From: an uncultured Rickettsiales bacterium
Lineage (GTDB): Bacteria; Pseudomonadota; Alphaproteobacteria; Rickettsiales; RI-342
NCBI GenBank assembly: GCA_964538615.1
Contig: CAZIGK010000005.1
Location: 55,822 to 119,821 of the forward strand
Length of the DNA stretch: 64,000 nucleotides
Direction: 5' to 3'
Shown here: in pieces, positions 28,331 to 38,936 of the stretch
Layout: each line of letters opens with the position of its first letter
Numbering within the stretch: position 1 is the first letter of the stretch
Made by a program: the position numbers and the translations under genes
The notes under the pieces: model-generated
Database searches by the model: none
What the model was told of the DNA's origin: nothing
What the model saw: the letters and a program-made list of their open reading frames with translations, nothing else

Positions 28331-29332
28331 TCAATCTTTGTGCCGTGGTTGGCGGCTGTGGAGGTAGTTCCAGCAGTGCCACCCTGCTGAAGCCGCTGCC
28401 ACCAGTAATGCAGGGGTGAGCAACAGAGCCAGCAGAGAATAGATAAAAACCGGAAAGACGAGCGCACTTGTCCACCGGCTTAACCTTTTGTGGGCGTGGA
28501 CTATAGCCGAAAGAAAGTACGGTAACAACAAAATAATGCATGAAATGTGACCAATAAAGGCAAGCGGCGGACTGCCGAAGCCCATGGCGAGGGTTGCCAG
28601 CAGTAAACTGACCAGATGTGCGTAGTCCACACGGGTGCGGGTGACAAAGACTGAAGGGCGGATGGCCTGCGCTGTGCGCAGCTTGCTGGCCAAACGATGG
28701 GCGAACCAGCCATTGAGAGCCAGAAATAAAATCCATTGCCAGAGGGCTTGCCCGATAAACAGCGAGAGCGGGAGAGAGGTGAGCTGTTTACGCAGGTCAG
28801 TGATAGCCTCTTCTGGCATATGGGTGGTGGTTGTGTCCAGAGCGTCCAGTTGTTCCTGCAAGGTGGAGGCGATGATGCCTTGTAAGCCGGTGCCATGCGG
28901 GCTGGTGTAGTCCATGCTGAGGAGGCTGGCAGACAGTAGTAACAGGCTGAAGTAGGAGGAGAGGCTGGTGAGGCTTTGGATGAGGCTCGGCCAGCGTGCC
29001 TGCCATTGTTTATCCGGCATGAGGCGAAGCTGAACTTGTAGCAGGGAGTGACCTGTGAGGTAGGTGGGAGCCAGCACCAGAAGCAGGAGTAGCAGCCATT
29101 CTGACCCGTGCTGGCTGAGAAGCATGAGCAGGGCGAAGCAGCCGAGCGACGTCAGCAGGGCGCGGTGGCCATAACAAAAGCCAGCGGTTAGAAAGGGTGT
29201 GGGGCTTAAAAACAGCAAGCCAAGCGTGGCGGGCAGTGCTGCGGATAGATGTACCAGAACAAACGATATCACCCCGGCAAACACCGACAGGGGTAACCAC
29301 TGGTTCGGTGCGGGCGCGGGGTGATGGGACAT
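28331..29332 (-). CDS. Polytopic inner-membrane protein, probably the DUF2232-type protein commonly found between rpsR and rplI in alphaproteobacteria.
   Basis: Multiple hydrophobic segments. The family name rests on my recollection of synteny, not on a search. Confidence 0.6.
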   Translation of the reverse strand: MSHHPAPAPNQWLPLSVFAGVISFVLVHLSAALPATLGLLFLSPTPFLTAGFCYGHRALLTSLGCFALLMLLSQHGSEWLLLLLLVLAPTYLTGHSLLQVQLRLMPDKQWQARWPSLIQSLTSLSSYFSLLLLSASLLSMDYTSPHGTGLQGIIASTLQEQLDALDTTTTHMPEEAITDLRKQLTSLPLSLFIGQALWQWILFLALNGWFAHRLASKLRTAQAIRPSVFVTRTRVDYAHLVSLLLATLAMGFGSPPLAFIGHISCIILLLPYFLSAIVHAHKRLSRWTSALVFPVFIYSLLALLLTPALLVAAASAGWHCWNYLHSRQPRHKD

Positions 29333-29396
29333 CTCGTACCTGTAATCTGCCGATCATGCACTAAGGCAGTGGCGGGCGGGTGAGGTTCCGGATAAA

Positions 29397-29675
29397 TTAG
29401 TCAGCGACGTATGGCATCAGAGCCAGCGCGCGGGCACGCTTAATGGCTTTCGCCAGCAGACGCTGCTTTTTGGCGGATACGGCAGTGATGCGGCTTGGCA
29501 TGATTTTGCCACGCTCAGAGGTGAAGCGTTGCAGCAGGCGAATGTCTTTGTAATCAATCGCCGGGGCTTCCGGGCCGGTCAGTGGGCAGGTTTTACGGCG
29601 GCGGAAAAACACGCGACGTGGGCCACCTTGTGCGCCACCGGAGCGGGGAGAGGAACTGTGAGCTGCTTCAGCCAT
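29397..29675 (-). CDS. rpsR: 30S ribosomal protein S18
   Basis: ..[43 protein letters not shown]... Confidence 0.95.
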   Translation of the reverse strand: MAEAAHSSSPRSGGAQGGPRRVFFRRRKTCPLTGPEAPAIDYKDIRLLQRFTSERGKIMPSRITAVSAKKQRLLAKAIKRARALALMPYVAD

Positions 29676-29698
29676 GATTAGCGTATCCTTGTAGCTTA

Positions 29699-30103
29699 TT
29701 ATTCATCGTTGCTTGGAGTGGGACGGCGACGTGGGCCACCGCGCTGAGGACGGCCAGATGGGCCGGTAGAAGCGGGAGCGTTGCCTTGCTGCAGAACCGC
29801 AGAAGGTTCTTCGCTGATGGCTTCGACGCGAACGGTCATCAGACGGATGATGTCTTCGTTCAGGCGAGCCTGACGCTCGAATTCCTCGATGGCGGCGAAC
29901 GGTGCATCAATGCCGAGATGGTGGTAGTGACCTTTACGGTTTTTCTCGATCTTGTAGGCCAGCGTGCGCAGACCCCAGGATTCTGACTTCACAATCTTGC
30001 CACCCAGACCGGTGATTACGTTGCTGTAGTCTTCAACCAGCTTGTTGACATCTGCCGGAGAAACCTCCTGACGCGCGATGAATGTGGATTCGTACAAAGG
30101 CAT
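29699..30103 (-). CDS. rpsF: 30S ribosomal protein S6
   Basis: [15 protein letters not shown]...[17 protein letters not shown]. Start trimmed to the ATG (complement of 30101-30103), which has an upstream SD. Confidence 0.9.
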   Translation of the reverse strand: MPLYESTFIARQEVSPADVNKLVEDYSNVITGLGGKIVKSESWGLRTLAYKIEKNRKGHYHHLGIDAPFAAIEEFERQARLNEDIIRLMTVRVEAISEEPSAVLQQGNAPASTGPSGRPQRGGPRRRPTPSNDE

Positions 30104-30521
30104 TCGTTGCTCCTCAGGCAGCAGCCGGATGACCGGATGCGCCCCGTGAAATGGGTTATAGGTAGATGCATGCGCGAAGTTGTGGGGAGAAGGGGCTTGC
30201 GTGCCGCAACCGACAGCATAACCACCCGCTGCGCACAAACGCATGGGAGGCGGATACTTACATCAGGATGGGGAGAATGGCAAGCGGGAAGTGAAGGAAA
30301 ATGAGAGATGGTCGATGGATTGCTATATATAGGATAAATAGCAATAAAAGCTACTGAATATGGTGGGTTTTGCGCTTGGGGGTGGTAGAGTGCTTGCCAA
30401 GCGAGGGGAATATGTGTAGCAGGGAGTGGGGTCTGCGTATGGCAGGCTTATAGGAAGATAATGGATAAAACGCTAAGTAAAACGGATAGAAAACCAGATG
30501 AATAATGTAAGGGGATTGCCA

Positions 30522-31472
30522 ATGGTGAATCGTGCGTGGGTGTTTCCGGGACAAGGTTCACAGGTGGTGGGCATGGGCATGGATTTTTATGAGGCCTTTG
30601 CCTGTGCGCGTGAGGTGTTTCAGGAAGTGGATGAGGCGATTGGGCAGCATTTGAGCCGTCTGATGTTTGAAGGGCCGGAAGAGGCGTTGACGCTGACGGA
30701 AAATGCACAGCCTGCGATTATGGCGACATCTATGGCGATTTTGCGCGTATTGGAGCGGGAAGCCGGCATGAAGCTGGCAGAGCATGCGCGCTTTGTGGCC
30801 GGGCATTCGTTGGGGGAGTATTCTGCCCTGTGTGCTGCGGGTAGCCTGACACTTGGAGATACAGCGCGTTTGCTGAAGTTGCGTGGCCAGGCGATGCAGG
30901 CCGCGGTGCCCGCCGGAAAGGGCGCGATGGCCGCATTGCTGGGGCTGGATTTTGCCGAAGCGGTGGCCGTAGCGGAAGAGGCTAGCCGTGGGGGGGAAAT
31001 CTGTGTGGCGGCCAATGATAACGCGCCGGGTCAGGTGGTGATTAGCGGACACAAGGCGGCGGTTGAGCGGGCACTGGAGATTGCCAAGGCAAAGGGCGCC
31101 AAACGTGCCGTGATGCTGGCGGTGAGCGCGCCGTTTCACTCCCCGCTGATGCAGCCCGCAGCCGAGGCAATGCAGGCGGCATTGGCTGAGGTGACTCTGC
31201 GTGCACCGGTGGTGCCGGTGATTGCGAATGTGACCGCGCAGGCCGAGCAGCATCCGGAGGTGTTGAAGCGGTTGCTGGTAGAGCAGGTGACGGGCGTGGT
31301 GCGCTGGACGGAATCCATGCGGTGGGCGCATCAGCACGGAATTGCCGAATTGGTAGAAGTGGGGGTTGGCAAAGTGCTGACCGGACTGGCCAAGCGCATT
31401 GAGAAGGAATTGGGCGCGGTGGCGATTGCGGCACCGGGTGATATTGACGGCTTGGTGCAGAAAGCGGCGTAG
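30522..31472 (+). CDS. fabD: Malonyl CoA-ACP transacylase
   Basis: ..WVFPGQGSQVVGMG.. and active-site GHSLGEYSAL. The start is either 30498 or 30522; the latter has an AAGGGGA SD. Confidence 0.9.
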   Translation: MVNRAWVFPGQGSQVVGMGMDFYEAFACAREVFQEVDEAIGQHLSRLMFEGPEEALTLTENAQPAIMATSMAILRVLEREAGMKLAEHARFVAGHSLGEYSALCAAGSLTLGDTARLLKLRGQAMQAAVPAGKGAMAALLGLDFAEAVAVAEEASRGGEICVAANDNAPGQVVISGHKAAVERALEIAKAKGAKRAVMLAVSAPFHSPLMQPAAEAMQAALAEVTLRAPVVPVIANVTAQAEQHPEVLKRLLVEQVTGVVRWTESMRWAHQHGIAELVEVGVGKVLTGLAKRIEKELGAVAIAAPGDIDGLVQKAA

Positions 31473-31512
31473 CGTCAATCGTTCGATCTATAGATTTCAG
31501 AAGGATAAAAGC

Positions 31513-32250
31513 ATGTTTGATTTGCAAGGTAAAACCGCACTCGTGACGGGTGCAACCGGCGGCATTGGCGAGGCGATTGCCAAAGCGTTACACGCACGTG
31601 GGGCGCGGGTGGCGATTAGCGGAACCCGGCAGGAAAAACTGGATGCGTTGAAAGCGGAAATGGGCGGTGATACGGTGGCGATTGCGGCCAACCTTTCCGA
31701 CAAAGAAGATGTGCTGCGACTGGCCAGGGAAGCGGAAGAGCAATTGGGGCAGGTGGATATTCTGGTCGCCAATGCGGGCATTACCCGCGATAATCTGGCC
31801 ATGCGGATGAAAGATGAGGAATGGAGTGACGTGCTGGATGTGAACCTGACCTCCAGCTTTGTGCTGATGCGCGCCTTGCTGCGTGGCATGATGAAGCGCA
31901 AATATGGGCGGATGATTGCGATTTCGTCCGTGGTGGGGGTATCGGGTAATCCGGGGCAGGTGAATTATGCGGCTTCCAAAGCGGGCTTGATTGGGATGTG
32001 TAAATCTATGGCGCAGGAAATTGCTTCCCGCGGGATTACGGTGAATGCGATAGCCCCTGGGTTTATTCGCACCCCTATGACGGATGCGCTGAATGAAGAG
32101 CAGCAGAAGCGCATTACGGATTCTATTCCTGCGCAGGATTTTGGGCTGCCGGAAGATATTGCGGCAGCAGCCGTGTATCTGGCCAGTGATGAAGCGCGTT
32201 ATATGACCGGGCAAACCCTGCATGTCAATGGTGGCATGTTGATGGTGTGA
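31513..32250 (+). CDS. fabG: 3-oxoacyl-ACP reductase
   Basis: ..ALVTGATGGIGEAIA.. and ..YAASKAG.. SDR motifs. Start trimmed to the ATG at 31513. Confidence 0.9.
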   Translation: MFDLQGKTALVTGATGGIGEAIAKALHARGARVAISGTRQEKLDALKAEMGGDTVAIAANLSDKEDVLRLAREAEEQLGQVDILVANAGITRDNLAMRMKDEEWSDVLDVNLTSSFVLMRALLRGMMKRKYGRMIAISSVVGVSGNPGQVNYAASKAGLIGMCKSMAQEIASRGITVNAIAPGFIRTPMTDALNEEQQKRITDSIPAQDFGLPEDIAAAAVYLASDEARYMTGQTLHVNGGMLMV

Positions 32251-32521
32251 GTGGCTCAGGCCACAAAATATAGTGGGGTTTTGCCTGTGTTTTTGCATAT
32301 ATAGTGGTTTATAGCAAAAAACATGCGGCAGCGTGCATTTCTGCTTTGCCTTGGCAAAAAACTTGTGCTACCACACCCCACTATGGTTGGCGCTATAGCC
32401 AGTGGTGGCGGATAAACTGTGCAAAATAACATGATGATGCATGGGTTCCGGGTCCTGTCTGCGTATAAACCAAACTTGTTTTAACCGTCAGTTCCTGACG
32501 TATTTTCATAAGGATTAAGCC

Positions 32522-32755
32522 ATGAGTGATGTTGCAACGCGCGTACAGAAAATCGTCGTTGAGCACCTGGGTGTGGACGAAGCAAAAGTAACCCTGGAAG
32601 CCAGCTTTATTGACGATCTGGGTGCAGACAGCCTGGATACGGTTGAGCTGGTGATGGCGTTTGAAGAAGAGTTTGGCATTGAAATTCCCGATGATGCGGC
32701 TGAGAAAATTCAGACCGTGGGCGATGCGGTAAAGTACATTTCTGAAAACTCCTAA
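32522..32755 (+). CDS. acpP: Acyl carrier protein
   Basis: ..[20 protein letters not shown].. phosphopantetheine attachment motif. Confidence 0.95.
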   Translation: MSDVATRVQKIVVEHLGVDEAKVTLEASFIDDLGADSLDTVELVMAFEEEFGIEIPDDAAEKIQTVGDAVKYISENS

Positions 32756-32802
32756 GTTTTCTTGCGTTAGGAACTGCATGTTTGCAGATGCCTGAATCTA
32801 AA

Positions 32803-32852
32803 ATACCGCCGCCAGTTGCCTGATATTGCACTGGCGGCGGTATTGTTTCTTT
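32803..32852 (+). terminator. Rho-independent terminator or attenuator after acpP
   Basis: A 14-bp stem AUACCGCCGCCAGU/ACUGGCGGCGGUAU followed by a U-rich tract. Confidence 0.75.
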
Positions 32853-32928
32853 CTACCCCTCTGCTGTTTTTTGCCGGATGTATGCGGTATTTCTGTATGC
32901 CTCCCCTTCAGGTTAAGGATGTAAAACC

Positions 32929-34188
32929 ATGCGCCGAGTTGTTGTTACCGGTTTAGGATTGGTCACCCCGTTAGGCTGTGGGGTGGAATATAGCTGGAAG
33001 CGGCTGATGGCCGGTGAATCTGGCTTGCGTTCCCTGTCGCGCTTTGAGCCGGGTGAAAACCCCTGCCGGGTGGCGGGCGAGGTGCCTTATGGTACTGGCG
33101 AGGGCGAGTTTAATATTGATGACTGGGTGGATGTGAAAGAGCAGAAAAAAATGGATATGTTTATTGCATATGCCATGGCTGCAGGCATTCAGGCGGTGGA
33201 AGATAGTGGATGGAAACCGGAAGCGTATGAAGACCAGTGCCGCACCGGGGTTTTAATTGGATCCGGCATTGGGGGGTTGCAGAGCATTGAGCGCACCTCT
33301 CTTTTGTGCGAAGAGCGGGGTTCGCGCCGGGTGAGCCCATTCTTTATTCCTGCCAGTCTGATTAACTTATGCTCTGGAAATTTGTCTATTAAGTACGGAT
33401 TTAAGGGCCCGAACCATGCGGTGGTGACGGCCTGCTCTACGGGGGCGCATGCGATTGGGGATGCCAGCCGCATGATTATGCTGGGAGATGCCGATGTGAT
33501 GGTGGCGGGTGGCGCTGAAGCCGCCATTTGCCCGGTAGGGTTTGCCGGGTTTGCCGCAGCGCGCGCGCTTTCTACCAGTTACAATGACACGCCGAGCAAG
33601 GCGTCTCGTCCATGGGATAAGGGGCGTGACGGGTTTGTGATGGGGGATGGTGCCGGAGTTGTGGTGCTGGAAGAATATGAGCATGCGAAAGCGCGTGGCG
33701 CCAAGATTTATGGTGAAATTATTGGTTATGGCATGAGCGGTGATGCGTATCATGCAACGGCGCCGTCTCCGGAAGGGGATGGGGCGTTCCGGTCCATGAA
33801 GATGGCGGTAGAGCGTGCGGGCATTGATGTGTCTCAGATTGATTATATCAATGCGCATGGCACCTCGACACCGAAAGGCGATGAGATTGAGCTGGGGGCT
33901 GTGAAGCGTCTGTTGGGGGATGCCATCAAGACGGTCTCGATGTCGTCTACAAAATCTTCGATTGGGCATTTGCTGGGGGCTGCTGGAAGTGTGGAGGCGA
34001 TTTTCTGTCTGTTGGCCATGCGTGACCAGATGGTGCCGCCGACATTGAATCTGGATGATCCATCCGAAGAATGTATGGGGGTGGATTTGGTGCCGCATAA
34101 GGCGAAGGCACGTAAACTGGATATTGCCTTGTCCAATTCCTTTGGATTTGGCGGAACCAATGCCTCGCTGGTAATGCGTCGGGTCTAA
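32929..34188 (+). CDS. fabF: 3-oxoacyl-ACP synthase II
   Basis: ..VVTACSTGAHAIGDA.., ..INAHGTSTP.. and ..NSFGFGGTNASLV... Confidence 0.95.
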   Translation: MRRVVVTGLGLVTPLGCGVEYSWKRLMAGESGLRSLSRFEPGENPCRVAGEVPYGTGEGEFNIDDWVDVKEQKKMDMFIAYAMAAGIQAVEDSGWKPEAYEDQCRTGVLIGSGIGGLQSIERTSLLCEERGSRRVSPFFIPASLINLCSGNLSIKYGFKGPNHAVVTACSTGAHAIGDASRMIMLGDADVMVAGGAEAAICPVGFAGFAAARALSTSYNDTPSKASRPWDKGRDGFVMGDGAGVVVLEEYEHAKARGAKIYGEIIGYGMSGDAYHATAPSPEGDGAFRSMKMAVERAGIDVSQIDYINAHGTSTPKGDEIELGAVKRLLGDAIKTVSMSSTKSSIGHLLGAAGSVEAIFCLLAMRDQMVPPTLNLDDPSEECMGVDLVPHKAKARKLDIALSNSFGFGGTNASLVMRRV

Positions 34189-34194
34189 CGAGGC

Positions 34195-35169
34195 ATGCGT
34201 CGCCGCACGGCCTTGGTGTTATTGCTGCTGTTACTAGGGGCGCCGCTATTGGTGGCGGGTCTTGGTTGGGGTTGGCTGATGCACTATGCCCGTACACCGG
34301 GGCCTTTGGCGGAAGAAACCAGTTATGTCTTACGCTATGGCACGCCCAGTGCCGCGATTGGGCAGCAGTTGGAAGCGCAGGGTATTATTGAACATGCGGA
34401 AGCATTTTATCTGCTGGTGCGCTATGCCAGCTTGCAGGCGCATGTGCAGGCGGGGGAATATGCCATTTCACCGCACATCACCCCGGCGCAGTTGATTGCT
34501 CTGTTACAATCTGGCAAGGTGATGCAGCGTAAGGTGATGGTGCCGGAAGGGTTGACATCGGTGCAGATTCGGCGGGTGCTGCAGGAAGCAGAGGCACTGG
34601 AGGGTGAGGTGCCAGAGATTGCTGAGGGCAGTCTGTTGCCGGACACGTATTTTTACATGCGAGGGGATAGCCGCGCTGAGCTGGTGGCACAGATGCGCGA
34701 AGCACAGCAAGCGTTGCTGGAGGCATTATGGCCGGAGCGTAGCCCGGAGGCTGTGGTACGAAGTCCGGAAGAAGCGTTGATTTTGGCATCCGTGGTGGAG
34801 AAAGAGACGGGTGTGGAAGCGGAGCGCACGCGGGTGGCGGCGGTATTTAGTAACCGTTTGCGGCTGGGGATGCCATTGCAGGCAGACCCGACCGTATCCT
34901 ATGGGTTGACGGGGGGTGAAAAGCTGGATCGGTTACTATCCCGCGTGGATTTGCAAACGCCGAACCCGTATAATAGCTACCTGAACCGTGGGTTGCCACC
35001 GACACCCATTTGTCACCCTGGCAGGGCATCCATTGCGGCAGTCCTACACCCGGCGGATAGCAAAGACCTGTATTTTGTGGCAACGGGCAGTGGCGGGCAT
35101 TGGTTTGCCGAAACTTTGGAAGAACACAACCGCAACGTGGCGAGGTATCGCCGGACGTTGCGGCCGTGA
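34195..35169 (+). CDS. mltG: Endolytic murein transglycosylase MltG (YceG-like)
   Basis: N-terminal TM, ..VMVPEGLTSVQI.., ..LLPDTYFY.., ..ASVVEKET.. and ..NSYLNRGLPPTPICHPG... Confidence 0.85.
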   Translation: MRRRTALVLLLLLLGAPLLVAGLGWGWLMHYARTPGPLAEETSYVLRYGTPSAAIGQQLEAQGIIEHAEAFYLLVRYASLQAHVQAGEYAISPHITPAQLIALLQSGKVMQRKVMVPEGLTSVQIRRVLQEAEALEGEVPEIAEGSLLPDTYFYMRGDSRAELVAQMREAQQALLEALWPERSPEAVVRSPEEALILASVVEKETGVEAERTRVAAVFSNRLRLGMPLQADPTVSYGLTGGEKLDRLLSRVDLQTPNPYNSYLNRGLPPTPICHPGRASIAAVLHPADSKDLYFVATGSGGHWFAETLEEHNRNVARYRRTLRP

Positions 35170-35183
35170 TGGGGGATGACAGA

Positions 35184-35732
35184 TTACTTGGGACCGCCTT
35201 TGTCGGCCTGTTTTTGCACTTCTGCTGCGCGTGCGGCCTCCACAAGGGCGGTCGCTAAGACGCCAAGTAGGTCGGATAGATTGCGTGACTCTGTGGAGGG
35301 CGATACGGTGGCGTCCCGCTGAGCGATACGGGTGTTTTTCCCTTCTTCCTGTGCTATGGCATAGCTGGTTGCCTGAAGCTGATTATCTGTGGCGATGCCT
35401 TGTACGGTAAGCTGGTTACCCGCGGTTAGCACGGATTTTGTTGCGTTCCCGGCAATGGTCATATTGTTGGCGGCGTTCAGTTTGCCACCCTGAACCGAGG
35501 CCTGGGCGTTAATGTTATTACCAGCGGTTATATTGACACCCACCAGCGAGCCCGTGGCGTTTATTTCGTTGCCAGCGGCCAAGTTGCTACCTGTGACATT
35601 ATTGACAGATATATTATTCCCCGCCGAGATACTGCTACCCGTGGTACCAGAGTCAATCGTCCCATGGTTATGGGCAGCCGCGCAAAGAGGACGAATCAAT
35701 CTCTCAAGACGCGGTTGGCAACGCGATGTCAC
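35184..35732 (-). CDS. Hypothetical beta-helix repeat protein (bactofilin-like or hemagglutinin-repeat-like), 182 aa
   Basis: Five N/G/T/A-rich turns with an AGN/AAN motif at residues 37, 53, 70, 87 and 104, giving a ~17-aa period. A helical lysine-rich tail follows. The GTG start overlaps folD by 29 nt; the alternative TTG is at 35699. No signal peptide. Confidence 0.55.
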   Translation of the reverse strand: MTSRCQPRLERLIRPLCAAAHNHGTIDSGTTGSSISAGNNISVNNVTGSNLAAGNEINATGSLVGVNITAGNNINAQASVQGGKLNAANNMTIAGNATKSVLTAGNQLTVQGIATDNQLQATSYAIAQEEGKNTRIAQRDATVSPSTESRNLSDLLGVLATALVEAARAAEVQKQADKGGPK

Positions 35733-36588
35733 GGCGATGGCAGGCGGCTTGTAGGGTGTTATGCAGCAGGCAGGCGATGGTCATGGGGCCGACACCGCCG
35801 GGAACCGGGGTGATGGCAGCGGCGGTTTGTTGTGCGGAAGCGAACTGGATGTCTCCTACCAGTGTTGGCTTGCCGTCCCGTTCTATCCGATTGATACCGA
35901 CATCAATGACAGTGGCACCGGACTTTATCCAGTCTCCGGAAATCATTTCCGGTTTGCCCACGGCGGCGACCAGAATATCTGCCTGACGGCAGATATCTGG
36001 CAGGTTTTGCGTGCGGGAGTGAGCGATGGTGACTGTACAGTTGGCTTGCAAAAGCAGCATGGCCATGGGTTTGCCGACAATATTGGAGCGCCCCACCACC
36101 ACGGCGTGTTTGCCGGAGAGATCACCCAGATATTGTTGTAGGAGCATCAGGCAACCCGATGGGGTGCAGGGCACCAGTGCCGATTGCCCGGTCATGAGTT
36201 TGCCGCTGTTGATGACGTGGAAGCCGTCTACGTCTTTTTCGGGTGCAATGGCTTGAATGACGGCGTTTTCGTTGATATGGGAGGGGAGGGGAAGCTGCAC
36301 CAGAATACCATCCACCGTATCATCTGTATTCAGGCGGTGGATATGGGCGAGTAATGCTTCTTCCGTGGTGGTGGCGGGGAGTTCCAGATGCAGGGAGTGC
36401 ATGCCGACTTCTTCTGTCTGACGGACTTTATTGCGCACATAGACCTGACTGGCGGCATCTGTGCCCACAATAATCACGGCAAGGCCGGGGGTGAACTGGT
36501 GGGTGCGGCGAAGTTCTGCCACATGGGTGGCGATGGATTGGCGTAGCAGGGCGGCGGTGGCTTTACCGTCGATCAGGGTGGCGGTCAT
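35704..36588 (-). CDS. folD: Bifunctional methylenetetrahydrofolate dehydrogenase/cyclohydrolase
   Basis: [13 protein letters not shown].., ..VILVG..AS.VYV.. pattern, ..[14 protein letters not shown].. and ..[11 protein letters not shown]... Start trimmed to the ATG (complement of 36586-36588). Confidence 0.9.
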   Translation of the reverse strand: MTATLIDGKATAALLRQSIATHVAELRRTHQFTPGLAVIIVGTDAASQVYVRNKVRQTEEVGMHSLHLELPATTTEEALLAHIHRLNTDDTVDGILVQLPLPSHINENAVIQAIAPEKDVDGFHVINSGKLMTGQSALVPCTPSGCLMLLQQYLGDLSGKHAVVVGRSNIVGKPMAMLLLQANCTVTIAHSRTQNLPDICRQADILVAAVGKPEMISGDWIKSGATVIDVGINRIERDGKPTLVGDIQFASAQQTAAAITPVPGGVGPMTIACLLHNTLQAACHRRDIALPTAS

Positions 36589-36598
36589 AGGGTGCTCT

Positions 36599-38119
36599 CT
36601 AGGGTTTGAGGAGGGGGATGGCAAGGTAATAGCACACCAGTGGAATAACCGCCATGACCGCGATGTTCAGCCAGAGTCCGGCTTTCGCGATATCCGCTAT
36701 GTGCAGGTGCCCGGAGCCGAACACAATGGCATTAGGAGGTGTGCCAATGGGGGTCATGAAGGCGAAGCTGACCGCAAAGGTGGACGGCACCATGAGCAGC
36801 AGCGGATCTGTGTCGGTGGCGACTGCCAGTGCAGAGAGGATGGGAAGAAAAGCGGAAATGGCGGCGACATTGCCCATGAACTCGGTCAGGATTTTCATGG
36901 CGAGTACGACCACGAAGAGTAGCGCGAAGAAGGGGACATTGCTGAGGTCTGAGAGTTCTTGTCCGACCCATTGTGCGAGGCCGGATTCTTCCGCGATACC
37001 GGCCAGTGTCATGCCGCCACCGAAGAGCAGCAGAATGCCCCAGGGAAGTTTTTCTGCTTCTTTCCAGGTGAGGACGAATTCTCCCTTTTGGAAATGCACC
37101 GGCACCATAAAGCACAAGATCGCACCGAGCATGGCGATACCGGAATCTGTCAGGTGGAGTGGCATGAGATTGTTGAGGGGTTCCTGAAACATCCACAGCA
37201 ACGCAGTGCCGCCGAAGAGCAGGGCAATGGTGCGTTCTCCCCGGCTCATGCTGCCCAGTTTTGACAGTTCCTCTTCTACGAGTGCGTCTGCTCCGGCAAT
37301 ACGTCCCAATCCGTTGGGGAAGACCAGTTTGGTCAGCACCAGCCATGCCAGAAATAAGAGTCCGGCGCAGAGAGGGACGGCCAGTAACATCCAGCCCGCG
37401 AAGCTGATATTATAGCCATAGCTGCTGCGGATAAAGCCGTTCAGTACGGCATTGGGCGGTGTGCCAATCAGGGTGGCGGAACCGCCGATGGAGGCGGCAT
37501 AGGCCAAACCCAGCATCATGCTGACAGCAAAATGATGCGCGCCTTTTGCATTGGTTTCGGTGGTTTGTTTGAGCAGCAGGTTCACCACGGAGACTGCCAT
37601 GGGCAGCATCATCACCACGGTTGCGGTATTGCTCATCCACATAGAGAGGAAGGCAGTGGAGGCCATGAAGCCGCCGATAATGATATTGGCATTGCTGCCG
37701 ACCGCTTTCAGGATGTTCAGGGCGATGCGCAGGTGCAGGTTCCATTTTTCCATGGCCAGTGCCAGAATAAACCCGCCCATGAAAAGAAAGACGACCGGAT
37801 TCCCGTAATTCATCGCGGTGCGGGGCATGGAGGCTACTTCCAGCATGGGAAAGAGTACCACGGGCATGAGGGCAGTGACGGCCAGAGGCAGGGCTTCGGT
37901 CATCCACCATAACATCATCAGTGCGAGCACTGCGGTGACTTTCCAGGCTTCCGGACTCATGCCTTCCGGTGCGGGAGTCATCAGCATCAGGGCGCAGACC
38001 ATGGGTGCGAGCAGCAAGCCGAAGGCGCGACGCAGGTGGTCTGCCTCCTGAAAGCGTTGACGGACGGCGCGGATGCGGTTGCGATAGGCAAGAGACGACG
38101 GGTTGGTGCGGTGTTGCAT
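36599..38119 (-). CDS. DASS/SLC13-family anion:sodium symporter
   Basis: About 12+ TM segments and the family pattern ..[22 protein letters not shown].. with a duplicated ..TPPNA.. hairpin motif (GTPPNAV and GTPPNAI). Confidence 0.75.
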   Translation of the reverse strand: MQHRTNPSSLAYRNRIRAVRQRFQEADHLRRAFGLLLAPMVCALMLMTPAPEGMSPEAWKVTAVLALMMLWWMTEALPLAVTALMPVVLFPMLEVASMPRTAMNYGNPVVFLFMGGFILALAMEKWNLHLRIALNILKAVGSNANIIIGGFMASTAFLSMWMSNTATVVMMLPMAVSVVNLLLKQTTETNAKGAHHFAVSMMLGLAYAASIGGSATLIGTPPNAVLNGFIRSSYGYNISFAGWMLLAVPLCAGLLFLAWLVLTKLVFPNGLGRIAGADALVEEELSKLGSMSRGERTIALLFGGTALLWMFQEPLNNLMPLHLTDSGIAMLGAILCFMVPVHFQKGEFVLTWKEAEKLPWGILLLFGGGMTLAGIAEESGLAQWVGQELSDLSNVPFFALLFVVVLAMKILTEFMGNVAAISAFLPILSALAVATDTDPLLLMVPSTFAVSFAFMTPIGTPPNAIVFGSGHLHIADIAKAGLWLNIAVMAVIPLVCYYLAIPLLKP

Positions 38120-38229
38120 GCGAGGATGAAGCCATGGTTCTTATCAAGATGGCGTATAGTAGTACTCCGAAGTGGCGGTGGAGGCAAGGTGCGATGCCAA
38201 TGTCAGGCAGCATCGGAAGCGACGGTTTG

Positions 38230-38934
38230 CTACTCTTCTTCTGTATCCAGCGCCAGTGCCGCTTTCACCAGCGGTATGGTGATGCCTTGCTTGAGGGCGA
38301 GGGTGAGTTGGTCTACCCGGCGCGCTAACTGGCGTACCCCCAGAAAAGAGCGTTGCATGTGGGTGAGCATGTAGTGCAGGGTTTTATGATCCGGACGCAG
38401 CTGCCGGTCTTCCAGTTGTTTCAGGAGCAACTGTGCGAGTAACGTATCATCCGGAGGGAGGAGGTGTAGCACCGGCAAGGCGTGAAGGCGGGAGCGGACA
38501 TCCGGCAGGTGCGTGGGGTAAGCCGCCGGTGGCTGGTGGGCGGTCAGGATGAGGTGGGCATGCTGTTCCCGCACGCTATTGAGCAGGTGGAACAGGCGGG
38601 TTTCATCCGGCAGGGTTTTGAGGAAGTGAGGAGCATCCTCCAGAATCAGAAGGGGATGTTGCTGCACCAGTTGGCTGGTGGAATGTGCGGATAATTCATC
38701 GCTACGAAGCCAATGTGCGGGCATGGTCTGCTGGTGCTGCCAACAGTGGAGCAGGTGGGTTTTGCCAGAGCCTTCCGGCCCGGTGAGCCACATGATGCGG
38801 TCTGGCCATGTGTGTAGCGGTTGGGTGAGTTGCTGCCACGCCTGCTGGTTGCTGGCAGAGAGAATAAAATCTTCCGGTGCCCAGTTGGGATGTTCCGGGA
38901 AGGCGAGGGGGAGTTGATTGAGGCGGCGTGACAT
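38230..38934 (-). CDS. hdaA: DnaA-related regulatory inactivator (Hda/HdaA-like)
   Basis: N-terminal ..QLPLAFP.. clamp-binding-like motif, Walker A GPEGSGKTHLL, and a size of about 230 aa. Confidence 0.7.
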   Translation of the reverse strand: MSRRLNQLPLAFPEHPNWAPEDFILSASNQQAWQQLTQPLHTWPDRIMWLTGPEGSGKTHLLHCWQHQQTMPAHWLRSDELSAHSTSQLVQQHPLLILEDAPHFLKTLPDETRLFHLLNSVREQHAHLILTAHQPPAAYPTHLPDVRSRLHALPVLHLLPPDDTLLAQLLLKQLEDRQLRPDHKTLHYMLTHMQRSFLGVRQLARRVDQLTLALKQGITIPLVKAALALDTEEE

Positions 38935-38936
38935 GG

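Noticed and set aside
32352-32368. sigma54-like motif TGGCAAAAAACTTGTGC upstream of acpP
   Set aside because: The -12 element reads TTGT rather than TTGC, and a sigma54 promoter for acpP is biologically unexpected. It also forms part of the inverted repeats reported separately.
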